Origin: Sedimentisphaerales bacterium
GTDB lineage: Bacteria; Planctomycetota; Phycisphaerae; Sedimentisphaerales; Anaerobacaceae
Direction: 5' to 3'
Assembly: GCA_963708075.1 (NCBI GenBank)
Contig: OY970194.1
Location: forward strand, 6,208,001-6,272,000
DNA: 64,000 nt
Shown: positions 29,561 to 39,875 of the stretch, one piece after another
How the letters are laid out: each line of letters starts with the position of its first letter
Position numbering within the stretch: the stretch's first letter is position 1
Made by a program: the position numbers and the translations under genes
The notes under the pieces: model-generated
What the model was told of the DNA's origin: nothing
Seen by the model: only the letters and a program-made list of their open reading frames with translations
The model's database searches: none

Positions 29561-30535
29561 ATGAGAACCATGAGAACGCACAGAATCACAACAGCATTGG
29601 CGATCGCAATGATTTGCAGTTCGATCTCTCTTGCGGCGGGGGAGTCGAAACGCATGGATGATTCGATCCTGCGGCAGACGTTTGACTTCGCCGGCGCTCG
29701 CTCACCACAGCCGCAGTTGTTCGACATGGAAACGGTCGTGATTACGTACGCGCCGGACGGCAAGCGCGTGAACACGGACGTGCTGAGGCTTCAACTCAAG
29801 TGCGCGCCCGCCCGCGCAACGGGCAAGGACGCGGATGAGTACACGTGCATCCGATTCGCGGTGAAGTTCGGGGACTCGCCCGAGGTCACCGTGCCGGCCA
29901 TGGCGAACTGGACACACCCGTTCACGACCACGGCCTCCGGCATGGACGAGAAAGGCCAGGTGTTCGGCATCGACCACGCGAAGTTCGAGAAGCTCGTCGA
30001 CTCGAACGGTCAGCCGCTGCCCGTCGACAAGGCCTACTATGTGTACAACGCGTTCATCGATTTCCACGGCTTCTGCAATGCCTTCGCCGAGCCGACGACC
30101 GGGGGCAAGGGCATCCAGGACCTCAAAAGCATCGGAGACAAGATCGTCCACGCCGCCGCGTTCACCGAGCCGCCGGTCAATCTCGGCAGTAATATCAAGG
30201 AGGGCTCCACATTCAAGAACGGCGAAGTCACCCTCGAACTGAAGGGACTCAGCATCGTGGATGGGGCGGCGTGTGCCATCGTGACCTACGACTCCGGCCA
30301 GAGCTCTTTTCAGATGCTCATGAATCCCATGCCAAACATGGAGGTCCGCGCCGTCGGCGCCTCGCACTACAAGGGTGACATCCACATCGACCTGGCGACC
30401 CGCTGGCCCCGCAAGGTGACGATGGACGAGCTGGTCGTCGCCGAGAGCACCGTGCCGGCGCTGTCCAACAAGATCAGCGCCGTCATCGAACGCAGCACCG
30501 TCATCCGCAACGTCGGCAATAAGACCCGGGACTAA
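29561..30535 (+). CDS. Exported hypothetical protein
   Basis: GGAGG RBS, signal peptide, host-like codon usage. Confidence 0.8.
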   Translation: MRTMRTHRITTALAIAMICSSISLAAGESKRMDDSILRQTFDFAGARSPQPQLFDMETVVITYAPDGKRVNTDVLRLQLKCAPARATGKDADEYTCIRFAVKFGDSPEVTVPAMANWTHPFTTTASGMDEKGQVFGIDHAKFEKLVDSNGQPLPVDKAYYVYNAFIDFHGFCNAFAEPTTGGKGIQDLKSIGDKIVHAAAFTEPPVNLGSNIKEGSTFKNGEVTLELKGLSIVDGAACAIVTYDSGQSSFQMLMNPMPNMEVRAVGASHYKGDIHIDLATRWPRKVTMDELVVAESTVPALSNKISAVIERSTVIRNVGNKTRD

Positions 30536-30541
30536 ACGTCC

Positions 30542-30582
30542 GGGCGGCAGCGGCAAGTCCTTCGACCTTGCCGCTGCCACTC
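30542..30582. repeat. Family A, short form (outer arms only)
   Basis: GGCAGCGGCAAG-TCCTTCGAC-CTTGCCGCTGCC between convergent genes. Confidence 0.75.
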
Positions 30583-30596
30583 GGAGTCAGATAGTC

Positions 30597-33056
30597 CTAT
30601 CCCCGATCTGTGAGTCTTCCATAGACCTCGACTTCGATGTAATGATTGAGATCGTTGGCGGTGTTGCCGCGGCTGTAGAGGCGGACGTACCGGCCGCGAA
30701 TGCCCTTGGCATCGAAGATTTCTCCGAAGTTCGTATCGACGTAGTTCATGTCCGTGCCGACGCCCAACCCGGCGGAGTTGTCGATGTCATTGTTGAAGAT
30801 CGTTTTGACGCCTGTAGTGAAATCAGGATCGTTCGAGATCCAGACGATCACGTCGAAGTACACACGAGGCACGTTATGGTAGTGCCAGGCTCGAATGCCG
30901 TAGATTTCGTGCTGGCCCCGGAGGTCGATGGTGATGTGCTGGAGGAGAGGCGCCAGTTCTACATAACTGCCGTCGGCGGCCTCCTTGTCGCCATCTGTGA
31001 TCATCGCTATCTCGCCGAGGATCGGATCGGGGTCGCTGGCAGAAACAGGTTTGCCCAGCGCGACGTTTTTGGTTCCCACCGGAGCCAGGAAGGGTGGTCC
31101 GGCCTCTGTCTGGACAGGCTTGGTATTTGGGGCTCGGAAGTCCTCCTCTGTCCCGCGAAAGGCCGGTGTTGGGAGTTTCGTCTCGACCGGCACTATTGCG
31201 GCTGATTTCTGGCCCGCAGGAGCCGAGGCGTCGTGGCGCTGGGAATTGTCGGATAGTTGTGGCTTATCCGTTGGCTTGCTCGTGTCTTTGGGGCCGCGCA
31301 CGAGGCGAAAGCCGTTGTTGTAGTGACTGCAGTCGAGAAAGCTGCCCATCCGGATGGCGGAGCCGAGCCAGCCGGGGGGATTGGCGAAGGATCCGCCGCG
31401 GGAGACCACGTCGCTGGCGGGAGACAAGTCCCACCGGGGGCTGCCGTCGATCGGGGCGCCCTCATAACTCGTAGTGAAGAAATCGAGGCACCACTCCCAG
31501 ACGTTGCCGTGCATGTCGTAGAGGCCCAGGGTGTTTGGCTGCTTCTGCGCGACCGGGTGCGGGCGGCCGCCGGAATTGTACCGGTACCATCCCATGGCAC
31601 TCACCTCGCCGGCATAGGCCCCGGTTGTGCCGGCCCGGCAGGCATGCTCCCATTCCGACTCGCTGGGCAGACGGATCTCCTGCCCGGTCTCGGCCGACAG
31701 CCAGTGACAGAAGGCCATCGCATCGTACCAGCTTATGAAGGTCACCGGGTGCTCGTCCGATTGGGGAAAGGTCGTGTTCTGCCAATCCACGTCAGGCTCC
31801 GCCTGCCAGTCCTGGCCTCCGAAGCGCGCGCCGCCCATGCCCGCCTTTTCCCCGTCGGTCACGTAGCCCGTCGCCTCGACGAACGCGCGGAATTGTGCGA
31901 CCGTGACCTCTGTCCGGCCCATTTCAAAGTCATAGCCGATGCGGACCCTGTGCACGGGCTTTTCGATACTGCCCTCTTCTGTTCCCATCAGGAATTCGCC
32001 CGCCGGGACCCGCACGAATTCAAATGGCACGCCATGCGTCGTGAGGACGGTTTTCCCGGTTTGACTATCGGTAGACAGGGTGCCATGCCCACGCTCAGGT
32101 GGGCATGTGGCGCCTGCCTCTGCAACGGGCATGCTTACGCGAGCGTAAGCATGGCGCTCGGCCGGATCATCCGCTTCGCTCAGGGTGACGGAGGAGCGTG
32201 AGGGCGAGGACAAGGCGATTCGGAATCCGGTCATCGGGTTGGCGAACGACGCGGCGCCGCGGTACCGGCGGCCATATCGGAGGTGATCTATCGGACTGGC
32301 CCAACCGCCGCCGCGCATCACGTACCGCCATACCACCGGGGGGATCGTGGGGTCAGTCATCCGGGCGCCGCCGTCGAGCGCCGCACCGCGGTAATCCGGC
32401 TGCCAGACGTCGAGGCACCACTCCCAGGCGTTGCCCTGCATGTCGTACAGACCCCAGGGGTTTGCCACCCTGGTCGCAACGGTATGAGGGCTATCCGACG
32501 TGTTGTCCTCGTGCCACGCCACATCCTTCAAGCCTCCGGCGGAATCATCCTGCCGGTCTGCACGGGCGGCGTATTCCCACTCCGCCTCGGTCGGCAGCCG
32601 GCAGGTCCGGCCGGTTTGTTCGCTCAACCAGCGGCAGAAGGCCGCCGCATCGTTGCGGCTGAGAACCACGGCTGGATAGTCGTCGCTTGGTTCGAAGCCG
32701 GGCCGGCGCCAGTCGAGACCCCGTTGGTGCGGGTGCACGCCGGGCAGCGGACACGCATTGGCCCAGCCCAACCGTTCGGCGTCCGTCTTGTACCCGGTGG
32801 CTTCCGTGAACGCCCGGAACTGCCGGACCGTCACCTCGGTCTTGCCCACGTAGAGCCCGTCCGCGATTGTGACCTCGTGCGCCGGCCTCTCGTCCCGACT
32901 ACCCGACGACGAGCCCATCAGGAATCGTCCTGCCGGAATACGCACCAGCTCGAACGCCACGTTGCCGACTCTCAACGTCTGCGTATCTGCCGCTGCGGCT
33001 GCCAGGCTTGCGCTTGCGAGAACGAATGCGACTGTAAGAACCCGGAATCTGCGCAC
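30597..33056 (-). CDS. Exported protein with two FGE-sulfatase (SUMF1-like) domains and a C-terminal discoidin/F5-8C-like domain
   Basis: Two copies of RLP(T/S)E.EWE.A.RA...N..GLYDM.GN.WEWC.D...RGG; C-terminal NVALGKPV...TIDL...GRYVRLYS. Confidence 0.88.
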   Translation of the reverse strand: MRRFRVLTVAFVLASASLAAAAADTQTLRVGNVAFELVRIPAGRFLMGSSSGSRDERPAHEVTIADGLYVGKTEVTVRQFRAFTEATGYKTDAERLGWANACPLPGVHPHQRGLDWRRPGFEPSDDYPAVVLSRNDAAAFCRWLSEQTGRTCRLPTEAEWEYAARADRQDDSAGGLKDVAWHEDNTSDSPHTVATRVANPWGLYDMQGNAWEWCLDVWQPDYRGAALDGGARMTDPTIPPVVWRYVMRGGGWASPIDHLRYGRRYRGAASFANPMTGFRIALSSPSRSSVTLSEADDPAERHAYARVSMPVAEAGATCPPERGHGTLSTDSQTGKTVLTTHGVPFEFVRVPAGEFLMGTEEGSIEKPVHRVRIGYDFEMGRTEVTVAQFRAFVEATGYVTDGEKAGMGGARFGGQDWQAEPDVDWQNTTFPQSDEHPVTFISWYDAMAFCHWLSAETGQEIRLPSESEWEHACRAGTTGAYAGEVSAMGWYRYNSGGRPHPVAQKQPNTLGLYDMHGNVWEWCLDFFTTSYEGAPIDGSPRWDLSPASDVVSRGGSFANPPGWLGSAIRMGSFLDCSHYNNGFRLVRGPKDTSKPTDKPQLSDNSQRHDASAPAGQKSAAIVPVETKLPTPAFRGTEEDFRAPNTKPVQTEAGPPFLAPVGTKNVALGKPVSASDPDPILGEIAMITDGDKEAADGSYVELAPLLQHITIDLRGQHEIYGIRAWHYHNVPRVYFDVIVWISNDPDFTTGVKTIFNNDIDNSAGLGVGTDMNYVDTNFGEIFDAKGIRGRYVRLYSRGNTANDLNHYIEVEVYGRLTDRG

Positions 33057-33129
33057 TGCGTGTGTGTCTCATAATTTGATTCTCCGCAAATGAGTGGTTT
33101 GGACCCGCGACCGGGTCAATAATCAATTA

Positions 33130-34668
33130 TCAATTATCCCTAATCGATCTGAGGGTCCGGCCATAGACTTCCACCTCGATGTAGTGATTCAGATCGTCGC
33201 TCGTGTTGCCGTTGCTGTAGAGCCTGACGTAGCGGCCCTGCACGCCCTTGCAGTCGATGAGCTTGCCCTCGTTCGTTTCCGTATAGTGCAGGTCCGTGCC
33301 GGCGCCGAGGCCGAGGGAGTTGTCACGATCGTTGTTGAAGACGGTCTCCACGCCGGCCCGGAAGCTCTTATCGTCGGAAATCTGGGCGACCACGTCGAAG
33401 TACACGCGCGGCAGCTCGTGGTAGTGCCAGGCGATGATCGCGTAGATCTCGCATCGTTCGCGCAGATCGATCGTGACGTATTGCGGCTTTGGGCCAAGCT
33501 CGATGAGGCTGCCGTCATCGGCCTCCTTGTCGCCATCGGTGATCATGTCCGGGCTGCCGTAGAGCGGATCGCGGTCGCTGGCGGAGACGGGCTTGCCGGC
33601 CGCGACATTCGTGGTTCCAGGCGGGGCCAGGAACGGCGGTCGAGGCCGGCCGCGGGGCCGCTCCAGGTTCGGCGTCCGCGCATCCTGCGGCGTGCCGACG
33701 AATTGCGGCTTGGGCAGCTTGATCTGCAGCGGAACCAGCTTCGGGTCGCTCGCAGGCGTCGGCGCGGGCGTGGGGATTGCCGCTGGCTCGTCGCTTGGCG
33801 TGCCCACAGGCTGCTGCCTGCGGTCGATCACGCGGGCCGTGGTGGGTACGCCGAGATCGAACATGCTGGCGGGCCCCGATTGCGGATAATCGATTGCCCA
33901 TTCCTCGCGACCCAGCGTGCTGCCATCCTGGCCTCGATACTCGACACTCGCCGCGATGACCCGCTTCGTTGCCGGATCGGCCATCATGGCGATCTTGACG
34001 CGAGCGGCCGGACGGCCGCTCAGATTGAGACCCGCAGCGGTGGTTTCGATCTCATACGCCCGCACGGACTTGCCCTCCTGCTCGGCGGTCCACGTGGTCA
34101 TCTCCACATCGTCCTTCGCCGCGAACACGGCGAATGCATCGATGAGGTTGTACGTCGACTCGGGCCCGAAAGGAGACACAGACGCCAGCTCCGAAACCAA
34201 TACGGTCTTGACGCGGGGGCTGTAGACGAATTGCTCGCGTCCCGCTCCGTAGTCCCAGCCGAGCATGCTGCCGTCATCCATCACCACATAGGTCTTCTGT
34301 GCTGCAAAGTTGTACCAGTGCTGCGTGGTACGCCCATCGGTGTTCTGGTAACCCCTGACGGCGGCGTGCATCCACGGCATTTTCGTGGTGGCCAGCCGAA
34401 CCTGGTCGAAGGTCATCGGACCGCCGTCGCTGAGCAACGCCCAAGCTCCTATTGTTGCTGCGATGAGAACCGTCGCTGCGACAGCGAGCTTCTTCAAATT
34501 CGAAATCTGAAATCTGAAATTTGAAATTCCGCCCCGGGCGGTTCGGGCAGTCTGTTCGTAGGTCTGAAGCATCTGCCGTCGCAGCCGCTCGCGATGGGCG
34601 GGGTCCGGCTCGGCGTCGATCTTCAAGCCGGACACAAGTTTTCGAAAATTGTGCTCATTCTGAACCAT
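33130..34668 (-). CDS. Anti-sigma-like single-pass protein with a C-terminal discoidin-like domain (pair 4)
   Basis: PDPAHRERLRRQML N-terminus, KLAVAA TM, TAATG coupling to the sigma gene. Confidence 0.82.
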   Translation of the reverse strand: MVQNEHNFRKLVSGLKIDAEPDPAHRERLRRQMLQTYEQTARTARGGISNFRFQISNLKKLAVAATVLIAATIGAWALLSDGGPMTFDQVRLATTKMPWMHAAVRGYQNTDGRTTQHWYNFAAQKTYVVMDDGSMLGWDYGAGREQFVYSPRVKTVLVSELASVSPFGPESTYNLIDAFAVFAAKDDVEMTTWTAEQEGKSVRAYEIETTAAGLNLSGRPAARVKIAMMADPATKRVIAASVEYRGQDGSTLGREEWAIDYPQSGPASMFDLGVPTTARVIDRRQQPVGTPSDEPAAIPTPAPTPASDPKLVPLQIKLPKPQFVGTPQDARTPNLERPRGRPRPPFLAPPGTTNVAAGKPVSASDRDPLYGSPDMITDGDKEADDGSLIELGPKPQYVTIDLRERCEIYAIIAWHYHELPRVYFDVVAQISDDKSFRAGVETVFNNDRDNSLGLGAGTDLHYTETNEGKLIDCKGVQGRYVRLYSNGNTSDDLNHYIEVEVYGRTLRSIRDN

Positions 34669-35246
34669 TATTCATCTCCACCCAAGTCGACGCGCAGCTC
34701 TTCCTGCAGGCGTCGAAGGACTCGGTGCAGTGTCACACGGACCGTGGCGGGCCGAGCCTCCACGACCCGCCCGATCTCGTCATAATCCAGATTCTCAAAG
34801 AACCGCAGTGTCAGTATCGTCTGGTGCTCGGGCTTGAGCTGCTGAATCGCCGCGTAGAGCGTCGGCCAGTCCAGGCTCGACCATTCGCCCGATTCCTCCT
34901 CATCCAGCCGGCGGTAAGCCACGACATTTTCCATCAGCCGTCTTCGCCGGAAGCTCTTACGGATATAGGCGTTGGCCTGGTTAGCCGCGATGGTGTAAAT
35001 CCAGGCCCGAAAGTCCTGCTCCGTCTGACCCTTGAACCCCCGCATCATGCGGGCGACCGTCAGGAAGACCGTCGAGGTCACATCCTCGGCCGTGGCCCGA
35101 TTGAACAGCCGGTGCACGCAGAACCGAAAGATCCGGTCGTAATACAGCTCGTAGAGCCTGCCCATCGCACCGGCCTGCGTCTTCGCCAGTTCCACCAGAT
35201 CGTCGTAACCTGTTTGCTCAACGGGTTTTGCCATAATCATGACCAT
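34668..35246 (-). CDS. ECF RNA polymerase sigma factor (pair 4)
   Basis: AEDVTSTVF, FRAWIYTIAAN, LRFFENLDYDEI, ATVRVTLHR. Confidence 0.92.
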   Translation of the reverse strand: MVMIMAKPVEQTGYDDLVELAKTQAGAMGRLYELYYDRIFRFCVHRLFNRATAEDVTSTVFLTVARMMRGFKGQTEQDFRAWIYTIAANQANAYIRKSFRRRRLMENVVAYRRLDEEESGEWSSLDWPTLYAAIQQLKPEHQTILTLRFFENLDYDEIGRVVEARPATVRVTLHRVLRRLQEELRVDLGGDE

Positions 35247-35398
35247 TGCATAACTTCAATTGCGCCACCGGCCCCCATGTTACACCGCCGCCCCCGGAAA
35301 AGCAAAAAACAGCCCTTATGCATCCGGTTGACAGGCCCGGGCTTCGCGGGAACAATGTGCAAGCCTCAAGAAGGTCTATTTCCCGAAAGGAAGGTATC

Positions 35399-35728
35399 AT
35401 GGCTCGATCCGCAAAGAGTGTCGGACTCATCGTCTTGATTGCAGCGATCACAGCGGTCCTCGCATCGGTCGTCATCCCCGGCTGCACGCAGAACCAGGAC
35501 AATTCGCCCATCAGCATCTCGAACTCGCAGGGCCGCCTCGCCCTGAGCGTCGCCTGCAGCAACGATGGCTCGGTCGCCTACGTCACCGACGGACGAAATG
35601 TCTATCGCTATGCGAGCAGTTCCGCCGACCAGGCTCAATCCTGGCAATGCATCCTCTCCCAGAGCGAGCGTCTGGAGATGGCCGTCCAACACGATCCCAA
35701 CGAGCAACAGCCAATCGCGACCCGCTGA
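35399..35728 (+). CDS. Small putative lipoprotein
   Basis: AAGGAAGG RBS, hydrophobic leader, VIPGC lipobox-like motif. Confidence 0.7.
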   Translation: MARSAKSVGLIVLIAAITAVLASVVIPGCTQNQDNSPISISNSQGRLALSVACSNDGSVAYVTDGRNVYRYASSSADQAQSWQCILSQSERLEMAVQHDPNEQQPIATR

Positions 35729-35854
35729 GCACACCCATAGTCTGCCGGGTCAGGATTCCCCTTGCGTTCCGGGTACCGTCATAGACAATTGGGCTGATGT
35801 GTGGGCTCGCACGCCCACGGGCAGTGGGGGATCGGTGCGATTGGGAGCAGTGCC

Positions 35855-36301
35855 ATGAATTCCCGTGCACAATTGAATGGTTGGCGTTTGGCCGTCGGTT
35901 TCCTTGCGGCACCGGCTATAGTGCCCATCACCTCGATTGTGATAGCATTCTTAATCGCAGAGGAGCACAAGGGGGATTGCCCCTTCAACTGGCTTCTGTG
36001 GGGCATGCTCTTCATTGGGTTTCCGGCATCGTATGGCTGGGCGACAATCATCGGAATGCCCTATGTTTACATCATGCACAAAGAGGGACATCTGGACTTC
36101 CGGACAATCATGGCCGGGACTGTCGGCCTGTGGGTTGGGTTTTTCGGCCTTTTGGGCATAGCCGGTTTGTGTGCGACAGGTCAGTTTCGCGATCCGTCTT
36201 TGCTGGGCGTCTTGGCGATCCTCTGCCTGCCGGGCGTGCTCCTGGCAGGTGCGGCCTTCTACGGCATCGCGATCCGACGACGTAGCCGGTTGCCTTCATA
36301 G
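35855..36301 (+). CDS. Small membrane protein (about 4 TM)
   Basis: Hydrophobic segments; GGAG before the ATG. Confidence 0.65.
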   Translation: MNSRAQLNGWRLAVGFLAAPAIVPITSIVIAFLIAEEHKGDCPFNWLLWGMLFIGFPASYGWATIIGMPYVYIMHKEGHLDFRTIMAGTVGLWVGFFGLLGIAGLCATGQFRDPSLLGVLAILCLPGVLLAGAAFYGIAIRRRSRLPS

Positions 36302-36372
36302 CAGTAGTGTGGCTCGTCACTCGCTCGTGGTATGATGTTGGCCGGCAAAGGTTGTTGGCATGGAGAATAGAG

Positions 36373-36831
36373 ATGGAATACACGGTTGGTAGTGTCGGTC
36401 GGGTGGTGGTGGCGAGGTTGTTCGAGGGGGAGGATTTGCATGAGAGCATCGGGCTGATCGCTCGCAAGGAGGAGATTCGCTGCGCGGCGGTGCTGATCAC
36501 GGGCGGGTTCCGTGAGTCCCACATCGTGGTCGGGCCCCGGCAGGAGGAGCCGAAGATCGAGCCGCGGTTCCAGGTGTTTGCCGGACCCGGCGAAGTGCTC
36601 GGCGTCGGGACGCTTTTCTGGAACGACATTGAGCCGAAGCTGCACATCCACACGGCCATCGGCAAAGACGGCGAAAGCCTCGTCGGCTGCCCGCGCCACG
36701 ACACCCGCACGTTCCTGATCCTGGAAGTGACCATCATCGAGATCGCCGGCATCGACGCAGTACGCCAATTCGACCCCAAGGCAGGCATGAACCTCCTGCG
36801 CCTCGGATCCGCAGAACGTCCAACTCAGTGA
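36373..36831 (+). CDS. PPC/DUF296 domain protein
   Basis: VARLFEGEDL, EVLGVGTL, PKLHIHTAIG, LEVTIIE. Confidence 0.88.
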   Translation: MEYTVGSVGRVVVARLFEGEDLHESIGLIARKEEIRCAAVLITGGFRESHIVVGPRQEEPKIEPRFQVFAGPGEVLGVGTLFWNDIEPKLHIHTAIGKDGESLVGCPRHDTRTFLILEVTIIEIAGIDAVRQFDPKAGMNLLRLGSAERPTQ

Positions 36832-37385
36832 GAGGGCCACGGAACGCCTTATTCATGTCATTCCCGCGCAGGCGGGAATTCACAAACCCATCGGACGGTC
36901 ACCGATTTATGACCGGAGCAGGCTTCGCGGTGCGCACAATTACCACGCACTGGGTGGATCGAGGCCGACCCGACCCGGATTATGAGGCTGTCAGCAGGTG
37001 ACTCGCCGACGATCTGTCGGCGTCAACTACTTGGGCGGGGCGTTGGTCCGCCTGTCGCTGGAGCCGTGCAGTTCCTGCGCCGCTCGCGTTTCGTTGGACT
37101 CATCCAAAGAACAAAACCGTGGCGGCCGGCGACGGCACTGGTCCTTCTGTTCGTCCAGCCACGGGCAATTTGCACATTGCTCTCTCATTCCCAACCTCTT
37201 TCTGCCTATCTGTCTCCCGACCTGCGGTCGGTACTATGTAATCCAGGGGCGCAAACCTGCGTACGGGAAGCCCCCCACATCCATTCAAAGGAATGCAAAA
37301 GCGTAATGATAGCGTTTGCTGGGATGCCTGTCAAGGCCCAGCACACAGAAAATACTACACGGCGAAAGCCCCTCAGACGCTGCAA

Positions 37386-37919
37386 CTATTGCGGGCGGGC
37401 GCCGGCGATGACTCTCAGGAACTGGTGACGGTCCATGACGTTGTGCAGCAGCTTGAACAGAATCCGGTCGATTCCCACATAGCTGCTGTTGAACGTTACG
37501 GCGATGACGACGAGGGCGGCCATCTCGACCAGGTTCTTGTTGACGATCAGATAGTTGCCTTCCATGGGAATCGAATAGTAGTATCCCACGAGCAGCGGGT
37601 TGCAGGCGTAGTAGAGCAGGATCAGGAAGATGCCTGCAGCACTCGCCAATCGCGTGAAACAGCCGAGGATCAATCCGAGGCCAATGGCCATCAGACCCGA
37701 GATATTCATCTGGTTCACAATCGTCAGAATGCTCGGCGTATCAGCCATCCAGTGAAATAGCGGGGCAAACCATCCCCTGGACTGCATCAGGTACCCCGCC
37801 GCGGACCAGTGGGGCTTCAGAAATTTGGCGACCCCTTCGTACAGGAAATGCCACCCGATCATCACCCGCAGAAACACCAGAGCGATCATCTGCACGCGAT
37901 AGTATCTTTGCTCTTCCAT
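37386..37919 (-). CDS. DoxX-family membrane protein
   Basis: LRVMIGWHFLYEG, GLGLILGCFTRLA, YLIVNKNLVE. Confidence 0.88.
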   Translation of the reverse strand: MEEQRYYRVQMIALVFLRVMIGWHFLYEGVAKFLKPHWSAAGYLMQSRGWFAPLFHWMADTPSILTIVNQMNISGLMAIGLGLILGCFTRLASAAGIFLILLYYACNPLLVGYYYSIPMEGNYLIVNKNLVEMAALVVIAVTFNSSYVGIDRILFKLLHNVMDRHQFLRVIAGARPQ

Positions 37920-37971
37920 AATCTTGTCTCCTTTGCGAGAGATAGGCGCGGATCACGACTATCCGGGCGAC

Positions 37972-39406
37972 TTAGACCTTGAACTCATCTTCTTGGAAAT
38001 ACAGGCGTTTTCCAGCCTCGATGGCCTCATTGACCTTGAGCACGGAGACCGCCGTTTCATAGCCGACTTCCGCCGGACAGTTCAGGGCCTCTGTGCCTCG
38101 AACGGCATTGAAGAAGTTTTCCAGGTGCGGCTTGTGGTACGGGTCATGGAACTCGATCGGGATCTGGTGCTCATCGGGCGATACCGACTCCCGCACATCC
38201 AGCAAGGCGTTGATTTCGATCTCTTTCTTCGCCATCTGGACCCTGGGGGCGCTGACATAGCCCAGGCGGACCCATTCATCCCACGGCGGGGCTTCCGGCT
38301 GGCGGTAGATCGATCCGCGATAGCCCGCCTCGGATTCCGAGAGCACCAGGGTGCCCTGATCGCCCATGAAGTTCTCGAAATAGCCCTGGCTGCCGTTGGT
38401 GGTCTGAGTCTGGTAATATGCTCGCACGGGTCCTTTGCCGGTTCTCATACTCATAGATCGCCATCACGGTGTCGTACCACTCGTGCGATTCTTTGCTGTA
38501 GTAGTCGATGCCGCCGCTGGCCATGACTGCTTTGGGCTTGGCATCCAGGAACCAGTTGTAAATGTCGATCTGGTGCGATCCCAAATCGACAATCGGGCCT
38601 CCGCCCAGCCCTTTGCACCACCGCCAATTGCGGAACTGCTGCATGGATTTGAATCCGTATTTCTCGAGCCGGTCCTGTGAAATCAGGTAGCGGTTGGGCC
38701 AGCCGAGGTCCTGCTGAACGGATCGGTTCCACTGCCCGTTGATCGTGACGATCCGCCCGATCATATTCGCCTTGAGGAGCTTCTCATAGCAGTGAAGATA
38801 CCGGGGATGGCTTCGACGCTGGTGTCCGATCTGCAGGAGCTTGCCCGTTTCGCGGGCCGCGAGCACCATGTGCCGGGCGCCTTCCAGCGTGTTGGACATC
38901 TCTTTTTCGCAGTAGACATGCAGCCCGGCCCTCAGACAGTCCACGGTCTGCCGGCTGTGCCAGAAGTCGGGCGTTGCGATGACGACGGCGTCGAGGCCCT
39001 TTTCCTTCTCCAGCATCTCGCGGTAGTCTTCGTAGCCGTTGGCCTCGAATTTGTATTTGCTCAAGAGATTGATCGTCCGCTTGAGGCTGTAGTCGGTCCA
39101 GATGTCGCAGACGGCACGCAATCGTATGTTCGGTATTTTCAGCATGGCGTCGAGCAGCACGGAGCCCTGTGCTCCCGCGCCAATCAAGGCCACATTCAAC
39201 TCGGGGAGGTTCCCTGCGGGGGCGGTGGCTCCAAGCTTGGCCGCGGTTTGCGCCCTCTGGAAGACTCTCTCCTTATGTACGGCGTACCCGAACAGGCCGA
39301 GGACCGGCACGGCGGCCACGCCATGAAGAAAATCCCGTCGGTCCAGGCCGTTCGCCGGCCCGCTGTTTGGATTGTCCTTTTGAAGATGGCATTTGTCTTC
39401 GTTCAT
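37972..39406 (-). CDS. Tat-exported Gfo/Idh/MocA oxidoreductase, frameshift near 38443
   Basis: DRRDFL, VALIGAGAQG, ATPDFWH, VYCEK, DLGSHQID; C-terminus HLENFFNAVRG in ORF 37972..38454. Confidence 0.88.
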
Positions 39407-39875
39407 GGCTGTTTCTCCTTATTGCGATCTTTGGATCACCGCAATTTCTATTGCGCATCAAGAGCTCGTGTTACATTGTGCGCGGCAAAATCCGGCCCGG
39501 CGCGATCACAACAACGTCACCATCAACCTGTGAGCGGAAATATTTTATTTTGCATTGATACGCTGGGGAGCGAGAAGCGTCTTTCGTGTGGGGTGCTGTC
39601 GGGAAACCCTCGCGAGAGGGAACGTGCGCTAACCCACCACAGCGCCCCTTCTTCATGCTTCCATGAAGAACCATCCTCGCAATCACACGCATATCCGTTC
39701 ATGGGGGACAATTATCGGACAACGGGCGTGTCGCCGAGTTGAGACATATCGCTTAAAGTAACTGATTGCGGTCGGAATGGGGATCGGGTATGAATGTCGC
39801 AGGGTAGGACCGTGATTGTACCGTTCGTTTGATGTGAGGGTGCATTGATGAACAGCACTTTGTTGGAGAACAACT

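Noticed and set aside
36860..37380. ORFs 36982..37428 and 36998..37306
   Set aside because: No motif, RBS or codon-bias support; left unannotated.
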